Below are positions 13,701 to 27,180 of a stretch of 64,000 bases of DNA, piece by piece (position 1 is the first letter of the stretch; each line of letters begins with the position of its first letter). This DNA is from Vicugna vicugna (Eukaryota), in the NCBI GenBank assembly GCA_013265495.1, contig MU058463.1:3703037-3767036 (forward strand), written 5' to 3'. The notes beneath the pieces were generated by a model. That model was given only the letters and a program-made list of their open reading frames with translations, was not told the origin of the DNA and did not search any database. The translations under genes and the position numbers were made by a program.

Positions 13701-16606
13701 TGTTTCCAGACCACGTGAATCAGTGCTGCAGCTGAGCCAAACCACTTGCTCTTCCTACACCCATCCCAACCCCCACACCACAGTCTCCCACCCCTCTGGG
13801 GTGCCTCCTTCTCCCTTTCTCCTGGACACCCCTCCTTGCCCTTCAGACTTTGGCTTGGGTGCCACTGTCTGTAGTGGTTCCCAAAGCTGTGCTGAATATG
13901 TCCTAGGTCTCCCCAAAGCACAGCTCCTTCACAGCTCGTATCATGCTCCTCTGAATTACACGTATTTTTTTGTCTCAACTTTGGACTGAAAGCCCCTAAA
14001 AGAATAATTGTATTATAGATGAAGTTGGTGCCCAATAAAGACGTATTGAAAAAAAGGAGTGATTGGCTGAATTTCTGTTTGGTGAGGAGGAAAACGGGTA
14101 CTGAAGAGAGGCCTAAAATTTTAAAAATTTGTTCAAGGTTAGCTGACCTATAGAAGTCCATTGTTGATTCCACTACTGAATACCCAGTAGGTGCTCAGTG
14201 CTCAGATGAGTTATTATGTTATGTGATATGCCTGGAAAAACAATTTACATGAAGACAGTCTCCCCTTTCTCACCTAAGGTTAGATTTTACTATTAGATAT
14301 TATTTTATTTGTATTGCCATCATCTTCTCTTTTCAAAACATATCCCTGAGTTGGGGATAATGTGATATCATTCAAATGATAATGTGACTTTCATGTATTT
14401 GTGTTGATTAGCTGATTATATGCCTTCCTCCCAGGGATGGAGAAAAAGGGTAAGAAGGTAGTCAGTCCCAGGTAACAACAGGTCTGCACAAGGCACTGGA
14501 TATCTGAAAATAGGCAGAAGGGAGGTAACAAGATGGAAAGGAGGATTACAAAAAAGGAGACCTGGGATGGTGTCCAGCTTTTGCTTATACCAGAATCACA
14601 TTGATGAAAAGCTTAATTTCTTCCATGTAGAATGACTAAGTCCTCCGACAGGCGGGTAAATATTGACTGGGTGTGTCTGAGAGGCAGAGAAGAGGAGAGA
14701 AGATCTGGGTACAGTGAGGAGACAGTTTGGGGAAAGAAAAGGTAGGCGTGCTGCTGTGAAGGCCAAGAAAAGCAGAGGAGCATACCTATCCCCGAGGGTG
14801 TTGCATTTATACTCCTGTGGGCTGGGGCCCGCTCAGCCACACTGACTGCAATCCACCTCCAAGGAGCTTTTATTTGCAGATCTGCAGTCACAGCCACAGA
14901 TGACAGAAGGGGCAATGAGAGAAGTCATTCACGCTTTGCCAGGAGCTTGAGGCCATGCCAAGCAGGGGGATTAAAATGTAAGAGTGAGGCCGGAAGCTGT
15001 GGCCTGGGGTGTTTCGAAGAGATAAAAACATGAGATATTCACGTGGAATAATCCTGTCTGAATGCCACTTTGAGATGCACTGTTTAAGCTTGGATATGCT
15101 GACCCTGGTTCTCCGCTCTGTCCTTCCCTCAACATCGTAAGACCTTTGCAGGGTCCATGATACCACATTAGTGACTATAATTGTAAAGAATAACTTTCAG
15201 GAATCAAAAGGCAGCTTTCACAAGCAACACGTGAATACTTGCAGATTGTAGCCCAAGGGCCAGAGCCAACAGAAATAACGTTGCCAAGCTGTTTATGTTA
15301 CTTCATTTTCATGCTGCAGCGAAGATCACTGCCTTGCATTATGCCTTTTGGGAAAACATACTTGACTCTGGGCCTTCTCTTCAACACTGACTTTGTGACA
15401 TTTTGTGACATTTCTGTTACTCAGCACAGGTCAAGGCTGAAAGAATAACTGACCCTACGAGTGGACTGTGGGTTTTGTTTTCACTTTCCATTGTGCTTCG
15501 CTTTTGTACCTCATAAGCAGAATTTTTATTTCACAACTGGCAAAGGAGATGGAACGTGTATTTTCTGAGTTTCAGTAACATGCCAACTTGGCCAAATTCT
15601 CATAACTTTATTTTATTCAATCCATATATCTGTCCTGTGGAGTGGTTTTTTTTTTTTTGTTTGTTTGTTTGTTTTACTGAGTTTCAAAAAAGGTGAGCAA
15701 TTTGTCCTGGGTTGCACTGCTAGTAAGTGACCCAGCCAGGTTTTTAACCTAGTCTTTCTGATGTCAAATCCCATTCTTCGATATGTTATGATATAGAGAA
15801 ATGTCATCCTGTATCAAACCAATACTCTTCCAGGTATTTCCAATGAAAATCTAATAACTACAGGTGGTCCTGCATTACTTCCTTGCCCAAGGAAGGCATC
15901 ATTAGCTCCACAAGCATGCATGCCACAATTGCCCTAGTTAAAATATTTGGATACATAACAACGTATGAGGTAAAATCGGGCATTCCAAGACTAGAAGAGG
16001 TGTGGGGTGGTCCATGGTCTCAAAGAGCCTGTACCATGTGAGGCATTCTAAAGAATCAAAAGAATCTTTCGATTCTTCATTCAAAAGAACGATCGCTGTA
16101 ACGGAGTCTTACTTGCAGTGGCCAGGGACCATTTCAAAGAACCACACCACAGTAGTGGTGCTGGCTCTGGACTGAAATTCCAGAGACCTAGCTTTTAGAC
16201 TAGTTTTGCCACTAACTTTCAGTTTGATCCTGGAAAGAGCACTGATCCTCTCTGAAGAATCTGCTTCTTTATTTACAAAAGGGTGAGACCGGTCCAGATC
16301 TGTGGCTGGCAAACCACTATGTGACCATGAGAGGGAAGTGTGATCGCAAGGAACCCTCCACGGCACAGAGCCCCGAGCACCTGCTGTCGACTAAGTACCT
16401 TGCGTGTGCATATACTGCACTTTCCAAATGTATGTAGATGCAGTTGTGGTTAATACAATTTAAGTTAGTGTAATTTAGGATGGATCTACAAGAGCATAAA
16501 TACACTTTAGCTGACAACAGACACAAAGGGACAGAAATTTTCAAGCACTGCAGAATTCATAGCAGCTCTGGTCCTGAGATGTTTTCTCAAAGACATAGTA
16601 AGTAAG

Positions 16607-16845
16607 AACATGCTAACCATCACCTGAGCCTTCGGTGAGATGTGCTCTTTTGGCTGGTAGAGGGTTTGAAATATTGCAAGAGTTATCAAAATGTGACACA
16701 GAGACAAGAAATGAGCAAATGTTTTTGGCAAAAATGCTACCAATAGACTTGCCTGACGCAGGGTTGCCACAAACCTTCAATTTGCAAAACACTCAGTGTC
16801 TGCCAAGTGCGACTAAGCGAAGTGCAATAAAAGGAGGTCTGCCTG
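16607..16845 (-). mobile_element. Partial Tigger1-derived element
   Basis: Shares gtttgaaatattg...aaaatgtgacacagagaca with the 22.4-kb copy; ends in TIR GAGGTCTGCCTG. Confidence 0.85.
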
Positions 16846-17608
16846 CATAGACTGTGTGATTCCACTTACATAACGTTCTGTGTGTATCTGAGAGATGAAG
16901 AAGACCTGAGGACAAAGAAGCGCCCCAGAGTACGCGGACCGTCCTAAGTAACACGTTGGTCCCTGCACAACCCCCACCCGCTACTCTCACTGCCCTCCCC
17001 CCCGCAGCTCTTGGAAGCCCAGTCCCTGTGTCACAATATGCTCCTGTCACCACCCTACACCACCCGGGTGGGACCTCCGTGCCTCGTAGAGTCTTCTTGC
17101 TCCACAGCCATCTCCTCTCCACAAAATCCAAACCAATATTCTCTCCCTGTGCTCCCATTCTGCCCACTTCTAGCAGGAAAGAAACCTGAGTTATGTGACT
17201 GACGCTGAGACTTGAACGACCAGAGACAATCCCTTTAACCTGTCACAGTTTTCATGCTTTTAACTGAGGTGAAACTTGCCATCTCTAGCTGATAGACCTT
17301 CAGGCACTACTACTAAATGGTGAAATAAACGTTTTAAAAATCAAGCTGCTTTTCACGGTTGGGGCAGCGGGTGGCTTGGAGGGTGGTGTGATGGGCAGAG
17401 CACTTGCCCCAGGTATCCTGGTTTTCACAGCTTCGTCCGCTCCCCTGCTTCTCAACCTGAAGATCCTCTCCTTCATCACACTTTGGGGGGCCCTTGGCAG
17501 CAACAGAGGCAACTGGGGTTCCCGGGGGGATGGCAGGGAAATCTGGATGGGGGGGTAGGGCAGGAATGTTTTCTGTTGGTTGTTGCTTGAATGTATGAAT
17601 TTAATGCA

Positions 17609-17636
17609 TGAATGAATGAATGAATGAATGAATGAA
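17609..17636. repeat. (TGAA)n microsatellite
   Basis: Read directly. Confidence 0.9.
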
Positions 17637-19612
17637 TTTCTGAAAGATAGTGTTAAAAGATTAGAGACTATGCTGACTGACCTCACAGGACTGAGGAAAC
17701 AGCTACTCACTGCTAAAGGTTAAGACCTTCATTTACACATTCTGAATAAGCTTTCTCCTCATTCCACTCACACAACACTTTTCAAAAATAATAAACCTTG
17801 ACTTATTAATGTTCTAATTATTTTCAATGTCCAGAACGGGTATTCTAGGCATTCAGATAAGATTTTAAAATCACTTTACTTTGACATTTTACTGACAGTC
17901 TTAGATTCTTAATTTTTACAAAAACAGATCCTAGTTAATAAAAGATTTTTCTTGAGATAAAAATTAAATGCATTGATTTAATTCAGGGTGACAGCAAACT
18001 TTGTAGAGGGTTTGGTACTAATAGAGTTAAAAATGTGGCAACATAATTAGAAAGGCTACATTTTACCATTTATAGTTACAGACAGAAAAATGTAACTGTA
18101 GTGCAAGGTTGCCGTGGCAACTCACTTCTTAATCAGGATTTTTTTTCCTCCTTCAAAACTACCAATCAGCTAACTGGAAATGAAAATCACTGAAAGAGAA
18201 GAGGTTGAAGCAAATATGGCTGAGGGATTCTGAAAGTATGTAGCAAGCACTTAACATGATAATTTCCTAGGTGTGTTTCCACTCTTTTAATTTTATCGGA
18301 TGTTATATAGTTTCTTTTCTGTCTTTGGAAATGATTCCAGAAAAACACACATTGGTTTTTTGTTGGAGGAGCGAGTGGTGGTGGTGATGGCTTCACTGTT
18401 GCTCTTAAATCACTTTAACGGGTAACGTCATAAACAGTTATATTGTCTGTTAAACAACTGCCTAAATTGGGCTTCAGTGAGTTTCTTAAATGAGCTTCAC
18501 ACACCATTTAAGCACTGAATCTCTAAGTCACCTAAATATACAGTCAGAAGCACTTGAATTTGCCATAAACAGAATATCAAGATTTAAAGGTGGGTTCTGA
18601 AATCAGAAAAAACTTTAATATCAACTTCCCAGAAATGATGGGGCCATATTTTAACGTGATTTGACTGAATATTTCTCATGAATGACACCTTTTAGCCACA
18701 CCATTGGCTAAAGCCCTGGAGAATGTTACTATTCTTTTTTTTTTTTGAAAGATTCAAAGATGAGAAAAAGCTTTAAGAACGTGAACAATTGACATACACC
18801 AGTGATTGCTGACAAACTGCTTTGCATCAGGCTTTCTGATAAATCTTAGAATGAAACCAGTGGGAAAGGAAAAACTTTCACTGGCCTAATAATCTTCCAT
18901 ATTGATGACATGTATATTTTCTTATATATATTTCAGAACCTTTAGTATGTAGAGCTCAAATTACATAACAACAAAGCATTAACTCTCAAAATAGAAACGA
19001 TATTCTAAAAAGGTACATAAGCGTGTCACAAATGACAGATACCTACACATAACGTCCTTCTTAAAAGGCATTTTTCTACATGGCATTGCATTTGGAATTA
19101 CTGGACTTTTTGCTACCACTGTGCATACCAGATAAAAGATGAATGCAGACAATGTGCCATAGATAGAAATCCCATGGTTCCACACACACAAACAGACACC
19201 ACATGCACACAGCCCATGGTCTCTGTATTAGATCCTCTGTTCTTCTTAGCCTTTCTGCTTGGAATGGCTCCATCCCCACTCACGTCTGCACCTGGCTGAC
19301 TCTCATTTCACTCTTTAAGGTTCACCTCAGGCATCTCCTCTTTTGGCCCCAGTATCCCCCAAATGCAGCCTCTGTTGCCTCCCTCTCTACTCTCCATGTT
19401 TTGTGACTATCCCAACCTTGGTCTTCATCATACGCCCAGAGACCCGATCTCGGTCAGGGCCAGCCTTCATGTTTAGCACTCCTGGCTCAAAATGACTCCC
19501 TCATAGACTCCAGGTATCTTGAAATAGGGACTGGATCTTACATCTCTGTATTCCTGGCCTCTAGCAAAGTGCATTCTTAGCACATAGTCAGATTGCAACA
19601 AATGTTTTGGAA

Positions 19613-19633
19613 AGAGAGAGAGAGAGAGAGAGA
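19613..19633. repeat. (GA)n microsatellite
   Basis: Read directly. Confidence 0.9.
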
Positions 19634-21499
19634 TGTTTAAACAGTCATTATAACTTAAGCACAGAACGAAGCCTAATTACAAAGAGACAAATACAATGAT
19701 AAGTTGAGGGAAATTCCTTATCTTGTAAATACCAAGAAATACTAAAATTAATCAATCGATAGGTATTTATTGATAAATTACTATGGGTAAATTTATGGAT
19801 GATTCAAAACGTTATAAGATGTGCCATCTAACTGCTGAGTATACCCCAAAAAAGAAATGTTTCAAGGTAATGCACAGTTAATTGCCAAGTGAGGATTGCA
19901 GACATTAAACTTTCTGAGTTCTGTTGACAAAAATAAGCTTTTGGGCTGAGAAAGCTATGTGGAGGGAGAAAGATTTACACCAGACTTTGAAGGATGGGCT
20001 GTTTGGGTTGGTGGAACACACTCACCTGCTCTGCTTCCACCCCGCCTACCGCTCACTGCACCTCATCTTACCATGTAATTGCCCTAGTTATTTTCTGGTT
20101 CCTCCTTAGCCACCTGATGTGTAGACACATCAAGCTTCCAGTTTCATTTTCTTCTCATTTAATATTTTCTCTATAGGTAACTTCCCTCAGAAGACATAAA
20201 ATTAAAATCTTTGGGATCAGTCCCAAATCTGGATCTTAGGCACAAACTTCTTACCTTAAGCACTTCCCCTATTTTTTACTGCTTGTAAATTAACCTCCAC
20301 AAAGATGCTTTCAGTATGCTAGGCTACCTGCTCAAATCAACGCACATTCAGCTTAAGAACAACTATGTACTCCCCATTCTACTTCTATTTCTTCCTACAA
20401 TGATTGGTGGCATCTCTGTGCTTAAAGTCACCCTGGGCTTGAAAACCTAGCATTGTGAAATTCCTCTCCTTCCCCCAAATCCCCTCTTTCAGGATCTCTC
20501 CCCTGAATTTCCTGTTCGATGCTCTCCCTACCACTTCAGAGCTCCCAGAGACTGTTGGTCTTGTCTCTGATCTTGTGTGATGTTTACTTGTCTATCCATA
20601 TGGTCCAACTTCTGGAGCTATAAAAGGCTCCAGCTGTTGCTGACCTGCAGAGTTCTCTGACCCGGGAACTGCCCACCAGGCTCTGAGCGTCCTCATCTGG
20701 ACACGTCAGCTCCCTCTCTGACCCCAGTCTCCCTCAGGAGTTCCCTCACCCTCCTTCCTTTTGGATCATGACCCCTGTGCTGTCGTCTTCGGAAGGTTTC
20801 TTGCTGGGAGTGACTCCCTCCCCATGCAAACCCTGCAAAGCACTATCAAAATAAAGCTTTTAGTTTGTACTGTCCCCCAGCACCCAAGTCCCTTGAATTC
20901 ATTACAGTGACTACTGAATAAGAGGGTAAGGGAGAAAGAAAGGTCGAAGATAGTTTTGATATTTTGAGTGGGGATGACTGAATGACTGAATCTTTATATT
21001 ATCGTAACACAAGAAAATAAGGTCATTTTGAAAGGTGGCACAGAGTACCTCCCAAAGAGTGAATAAATCATCACGTTTGGCTGTGAGGATGAGATTCTCT
21101 GCAGAGAGCCTGGGACAGCAAAGAGAAAACTAAACTACCCAGCATTAGTAATTAATACGAATTTAGGGGATGGAGGCTAGAGGGGACAGGAGAAGAAAGG
21201 AGCAGGAAAAGAGAAAAAGAGACATGGAAGAAAGCAGGCGTGGCGGGGGTTGGGGGTGGGAGATACTGCTGAGCAAAACAGCCACAGAGTCAGGCCTGCA
21301 GAGAATCGTCAACCCATGAGAAATGGCCAATAACAGGAGTCACCAAAGGATGTACAAACAGGAATTTCTAACATTACGTTTTACCTCGTTTGGTCTGGGC
21401 TTCTACAATGCATTGCTGCCACTCCCATCATCCCAAATCTTTATGAAAACCTCATGTAAGTGGTATTTGTTCAAATCCAGGAAAAGAAGTTGCCACCTT

Positions 21500-23200
21500 C
21501 GATGTCTGAGTTAGTGTGGAGCAGAAAGAACAGAATAGAACAGAGATCAGTGAGCAGGGACAATCTGAAGAGAAATTGATAGAAACAATGGCCACAAGGA
21601 CATGGGTGCACTGGATGGGGGAGAGGACGGTGTTCCAGGCAGAGAGGGCTTTATATGCTAAGGGTCTGTAGACGGTGGGAGTAGAGCACATTTAAAACAG
21701 ACAAAGTGAGAGGAACAGAGGGCAAAGGGGAGGTAAGAGGGATGGAAAGGAAGTAAGGGCAGTCAATGTGAAGGATTTGGGTCTTTATTCTAAGAACAAC
21801 GAAAAGTCGTGTTTTTATTTAAGAGGGTGAAATATTCCAATTATCCTTATAAAAACATCAGTCTGGCAACTGTGAAGGGAAAAGATTAGGAAAGTGGGTA
21901 TCAGGGTGAATGAAGGGAGATGAAGAGGCATTTGGGAGGTAGATTGGCAAGATTTACTGATGGATTGGGTATCAGTGGTTAATGAGAGAAAGGTGTGAAA
22001 AATAACTTCAAGATTTCAAGGATGTCAATTGGCTGGAGGATAGTGTTATTAAGTTATGAGATACAGGACAAGGTTAGTGTAGAGAAATATGAATGGCATC
22101 TTGAACATGTTGGGTCTGCAATGCTTCTGAGACATTTAAGTGAAGGTGTCAAGCAGGCAGCTGGCTATCCAAAGGTAACTCAGAGAAGACATGTGGCGTG
22201 GATCTAAGTAAAGGAGTTAGGACAATACAAATGGCCCTTGAAGCCATGGGCATGGATGACTTGTCGAAAGGCAGAGCACAGAACAAGAAGAGAAGAGGGA
22301 CACTGAGCTTTTAGAAGCATTAACATTTATTAATTGCTTGGTAGAGCATGGCGAGGTAGTAAAGGAGGTTGAGATAAAATGTTTAGAGAAACACAGGAAT
22401 ACCTCATAGATATTGTGGGTTTGATTCCAAACTATCTCAGTAAAGTAAATATCACAATAAAGCAAGTCACACTAATTTTTTGGTTTCCCTGTGCATATCA
22501 AAGTTATGTTTACACTATACTATAGTCTATTAAGTGTGCAATAGCATTATGTCAAAAAAAAGTACATACCTTAATTTAAAAATACCTTATTGCTAAAAAA
22601 TGCTATCATCTAAGCCTTTAGCAAGTTGTAATCTTTTTGCAATAGTTACATCAAAGATCACTGATCACAGATCACCATAACAAATATAATAATTATGAAA
22701 AAGTTTGAAATATTGTGCAAATTATAAAAATGTGACACAGAGACATGAAGTGAGCAAATGCTGTTGGAAAAATGGCATTGATTCACAGGGCTACCACAAA
22801 AACTTCGATTTGTTGAAAAAAAAACACAATATCTGCAGAGCACAATGAAGCAAAGAACAATTAAACAAGGTATGCCTGTAAAAGAAAATTCAGGAGTGTG
22901 TTGGGGTGGCGTGGGGAGTGGTTCAAAAGACAATGAGAGAGAAGACTTTTAAAGGCATGAATAGCCAGTGGCACCACATGAAAGGTCAATTATTCATAGG
23001 GACTGATATGTCAACAAGAATTTATCAGCAAGGTCATTAGTGACCTTGAGGAGAGCTGTTTCCATGAACTAATGGCAGGAACAAGGAAATGAAGATGGCA
23101 AGTGTCATCAGTTCTTTGAAGAACTTTGGCCGTGACGGCAAGATAGGGTGCCAGTTAAATGGACTTGGGTGGTTAGGCTATCAACTTTTAGGAGCCTAAT
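21500..23200. mobile_element. LINE-2 fragment hosting the Tigger insertion
   Basis: gtgttccaggcagagagggc and ggtcattagtgaccttgaggagagctgtttc L2 motifs. Confidence 0.6.
22394..22878 (-). mobile_element. Tigger1-derived non-autonomous DNA transposon with both TIRs, nested in L2
   Basis: CAGGAATACCTC...AAGGTATGCCTG termini followed by TA; Tigger1 subterminal sequence. Confidence 0.9.
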
Positions 23201-23878
23201 TTTTTAAGATACAAGGGATTTGAACATGGAAAGGAGGGGAAATCAATGAAGCAGGCGTTTGATTATAGAGCTGGGAGGAGAGACAGATCAGTATAATGAG
23301 GAACAGTGATTATAAAGCTAAAACTTGACATGGTCCTGACTAAAGTGAAAAGAAATCGCAGGTTCTCATGGCACCTGAAAAGAAGACTTCAGAGGAAACA
23401 ATCTTGTTGACATAGGTTGGTCATTCAAAACACTACGCTTGTGGTTTGCTTCTCAGCAGGAGAAGGAAGAGATCAGAGAACATTTACATCCGATGACCAA
23501 GGAGCTATCTTAGAAATCAACTAGAAAAAGCTTCATTTAAGTTCAGAACTTTATCTGCTATGTCTTACCATCATGAATTACAGCTTCTCTCTTTAATCTT
23601 GTTTTATCAACAAGGGGGCAAGAGGCTTTCAACGATCCTCAACTCAACTCCAAAACTGTGTTCGCTCATTTAGGTCTTAACCCTTATGTATATTATACAT
23701 AAAATGATACTTGTTTTAAGAAATTGCTTTTTTCTTCTTTAGCTATAAAATATAGTTATTTTAGAAAATTTAAGTTGCTCATTAAAGCTCTAGCTGAACT
23801 CCCCACTCTTATGTTAATTATACAGAGAGAATTATATGTAGACATAGTTCTAGACATAGATATAGAAATAGATACAGA

Positions 23879-23955
23879 GGGGGAGGGTATAGCTCAGTGG
23901 TAGAGCACATGCTTAGCATGCATGAGGTCCTGGGTTCAATCCCCAGTACATCCAT

Positions 23956-24008
<53 letters not shown>
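23879..24008 (+). mobile_element. tRNA-derived SINE (camelid Vic-1-like) with (TAGA)n tail
   Basis: A box TAGCTCAGTGG, B box GGTTCAATCC, head GGGGAGGGTATAGCTCAGTGGTAGAGC, flanked by an imperfect GAAATAGATA direct repeat. Confidence 0.88.
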
Positions 24009-26442
24009 TGAAATAGATATAAACTGAGACTTTTAGAGTCATAGGAATAGATATACATGTAAATACCGACAAAAATGTGATACCATGGGTTCTTCTGTTG
24101 ATAAAAAAGCTTGAGACCCTTTGGGTGCAGCTTATCCGGTGCCTGTAATATATTTTAATCCAAACACCACACCACCACAAGTTATCAACCCAAACACAAC
24201 TCAGTTTGGTTCTTCCACACTATGGAAGTCAAGAAATGAAAAACTGAGGGACGGGGTGGACAATGGTGTAAAAGACCATGGAGAGGTCAAGGGGAAAAAA
24301 GTATTTAGGAAAACGACCCAATCCTGTAATGGCTGGGAAGTCTGGTGGTCTTTCCAAATGTGCTCCACCAACAGGGGTGTGGGGGAGAAAATGAAATCCC
24401 TGGGAAAGGGAAGGTGATGGAAAAATGAAGGTTCACAAAATGAAGAAAAGAAATGAGAGCGAGTGTTAGTATTAAGGGGAAATTCTTTTGCAGAAGACAG
24501 GAGGGGAGAGAAAGGGAGAAGACCAGTGAATAAGTTAAGGATGAAGGACCATAAGGTTAGCATTGTGCTAATAGCCAGTATTAAACAATCGCAGTCCTCC
24601 ATTTTTATCTGGTTTTGACCTATTTTCACTTTCTTTGTGTTCTTCTGGGGACAAAGATCTCTTTTTGAAGCCTTTGTTTCCTTTCATCATTTAATAATTG
24701 CTTCTGTTTTTCAGCTTTTACTCAAAAGGCTATTTCTCCATCCTGAGAATGCACTGGCATTCAAGGTGAGAAATAGAGCTGTACTTTGAGCCTTTCCAAA
24801 GAAAAGCACTTTAGAAATCAAAGGCACTGCTATATTGTTACTATTCTCTCCTTCCCCTGAAAGCTTGGCATGACAGTAGCTCTGATCCCCAAAAAGAAGT
24901 CTTTTAGTTTAGCCATTATATTAATAATCTGTGACTCTAAAAAAGGAATGGGTACTAAATTCATCAACCTTGTCCAACAGTCTCTTTCCCTTAGTTCCGG
25001 GGCTATGGATCTGATCCAGGAATCAGAAATAGGAGCATTGTAACTTATTTTATCTTCCATGTAAATCAACCCAGCTATGCATAAATTTTAAGGGCACACA
25101 GCCAAGCACTATCAATTCTGTGCAAACAGAGATCCACAGCTTGATGGGCGCTGAATGCATGAGATGTTAACTCATGAATAATCTTTCCATAGCTCCATAC
25201 AGTTATGTAACCAGTTGCTTATTATAATGACAATTTACATTAATAATGGAATAATGAATAGAAGATAAAAATAAGGAGTTATTTTGGAAATAAGTATTTC
25301 TAAGTATGTTACTTTCTATCATGTCAAAATTGGATGAAACTTACAGTGCTGAGGGAACAATGTAACTAGCAGAACCCATAGTTAGTATTTTCCCACTTAG
25401 GTAGCTCCATGAAGGGTATCATTCATGGAGAAATATCTAAACACAGCCTGCGGGGAAAGAAGGTTTTAAATCAGAAATATAATCCATACTTGGCAGTTCA
25501 TATAACTGGAAGTCACCGATAGATGAACAGATTCAAAAAGAAAATGTTTTAACAGAAGGTGGATGTAATTCCAAGTTGTGATTGTTCAACATGTTCAAAA
25601 ATTTTATATATACGTTAAACACATTTAATATAATACACCCCCCCCCACACACACACATGTATACAGATGCAGCCAGAGGTGTGAAAAAGACAACTTGAGC
25701 TCTTGGTTTCTATTTGTCAACTAAAGTCTATTTATGTCTTTCAACCTAAATTATAAGACATTTGGCTCCAAATATCCCTATTATTTGGAAATAAAAGAGA
25801 CATTAAAAAGCCTGCGCAACAGATGAAAATTTTTTGGAAGAAAAGCAATCTAATATGAAACAGGCACACTGTTTCATAACTCTCGTTTTCAATTGCTGAA
25901 CTGGGAAAATGAATCCCATTTAAATACGGAAATACATGGTGAAGATATTCTAGGGGCTGATGACATGGAAGCAATTTTGGATACCCTAAAGCAAAACCAA
26001 CTCAGAGACCTAGTTTTCTTTGCGTGTTAGTGAAGCATAGATTATGGGAGTTCTACATGTTTGTTTGCTTCTTTGCAGGCTTGAGTGCGGGCTCTGTATC
26101 TGTTCTCTGATATATTCCAAGATCCTAGAACAATATCTGGACACAATAATCACTTCTTAAATATTTTAAATTAAATATTTGTTGATATTCCTAAGCATGG
26201 AAATTGTAGAACAAGATATCTTGCACATGGTCTATAATTTCAGTTGTAAGATTTTTGCTCTCAACAACAAAAAGGTTAAAAAAATAAAAGACAACCCATC
26301 TGTCACTTAAGGAGCTTACAAAGAACTTGCCACACATACTCCCATCCAGACACCTGCGCTTGTCACAGGCAAAAATGGCTGTGCACCAGGAGCCCACGTT
26401 GGAGCCCCACCTTGTGCTTGCCTCTCTTCCCTCCTCTCTCAC

Positions 26443-26903
26443 TCTTATGGATTGAATTATGTCCTCTCCAGATTCACACGCTGGAGTCCTAACCCTCAGG
26501 GCCTCCGACTGTGACCTTATTTGGAAGCAGGGTCATTGCAGACATTAGCAGCTGAGTTAGGATGAGAGCATCCTGGAGTTGGATGGGCCTCGCGTCCGAT
26601 ATGACTGGTAAGAAGGGGAAATTTGGACACAGACACGCACACAGGGAGGACACCATGCAAAGGTGAAGGCAGAGACTGGAAGGGTGCTTATACGGACTAG
26701 GGAAAGCCAGCGACTCCTAGGAAAACACCAGAAGCCCGGAGAGAGGGTGCAACAGATTCCCTCTCATACCCCTCAGAGGAACTGAGCCTGCCGACACCTT
26801 GATCTTGGACTTCTAGCCTCCGAACTGTGAGACAACAAATTTCTGTTAAGCCACTCACTTCATGGTACTTTGTTACAGCAACCCTTAGTAAACTAAAAAT
26901 ACA
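26443..26903 (+). mobile_element. MaLR solo LTR (MLT1C-like)
   Basis: tgtgaccttatttggaa, ccgacaccttgatcttggacttctagcctccgaactgtgagacaa, tttgttacagcaacc. Confidence 0.88.
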
Positions 26904-27114
26904 GGTACTTACTCACTTCTCAAAGCTTGTCAGATTTCCTACCAGGGACACTGTATCCTGACCTCACTCCCCCTGGGCACTATCTTGTTCAGGGCTCAGA
27001 GTTTACAAAATTGCCTCCAGTTTATTCCAAAGGATCCACAATTATACATTGTCAATATCTAGCACATTCTTCCATGAAATCACATAGCAATTACATCTGA
27101 TACCTTTCCCTTAC

Positions 27115-27180
27115 CTTCTGCTTGATCCTGTGCTTGGAGTGACATTATAACCTGGAGGGGGCGGTGGAAACCAGGACTGT
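27115..27180 (-). CDS. SCEL: Sciellin exon 9: RQSWFPPPPPGYNVTPSTGSSR
   Basis: 66 nt, aacag|...|gtaagg; QSWFPPPPPGYN is conserved. Confidence 0.96.

Noticed and set aside
13568..14173. Longest supplied ORF (201 aa, minus strand)
   Set aside because: Non-ATG start, no recognisable domain, intronic and partly overlapping decayed L2; consistent with chance.
23879..23955. tRNA-like sequence
   Set aside because: SINE head with tail and TSD, with a second copy at 31.9 kb; no proper acceptor stem.
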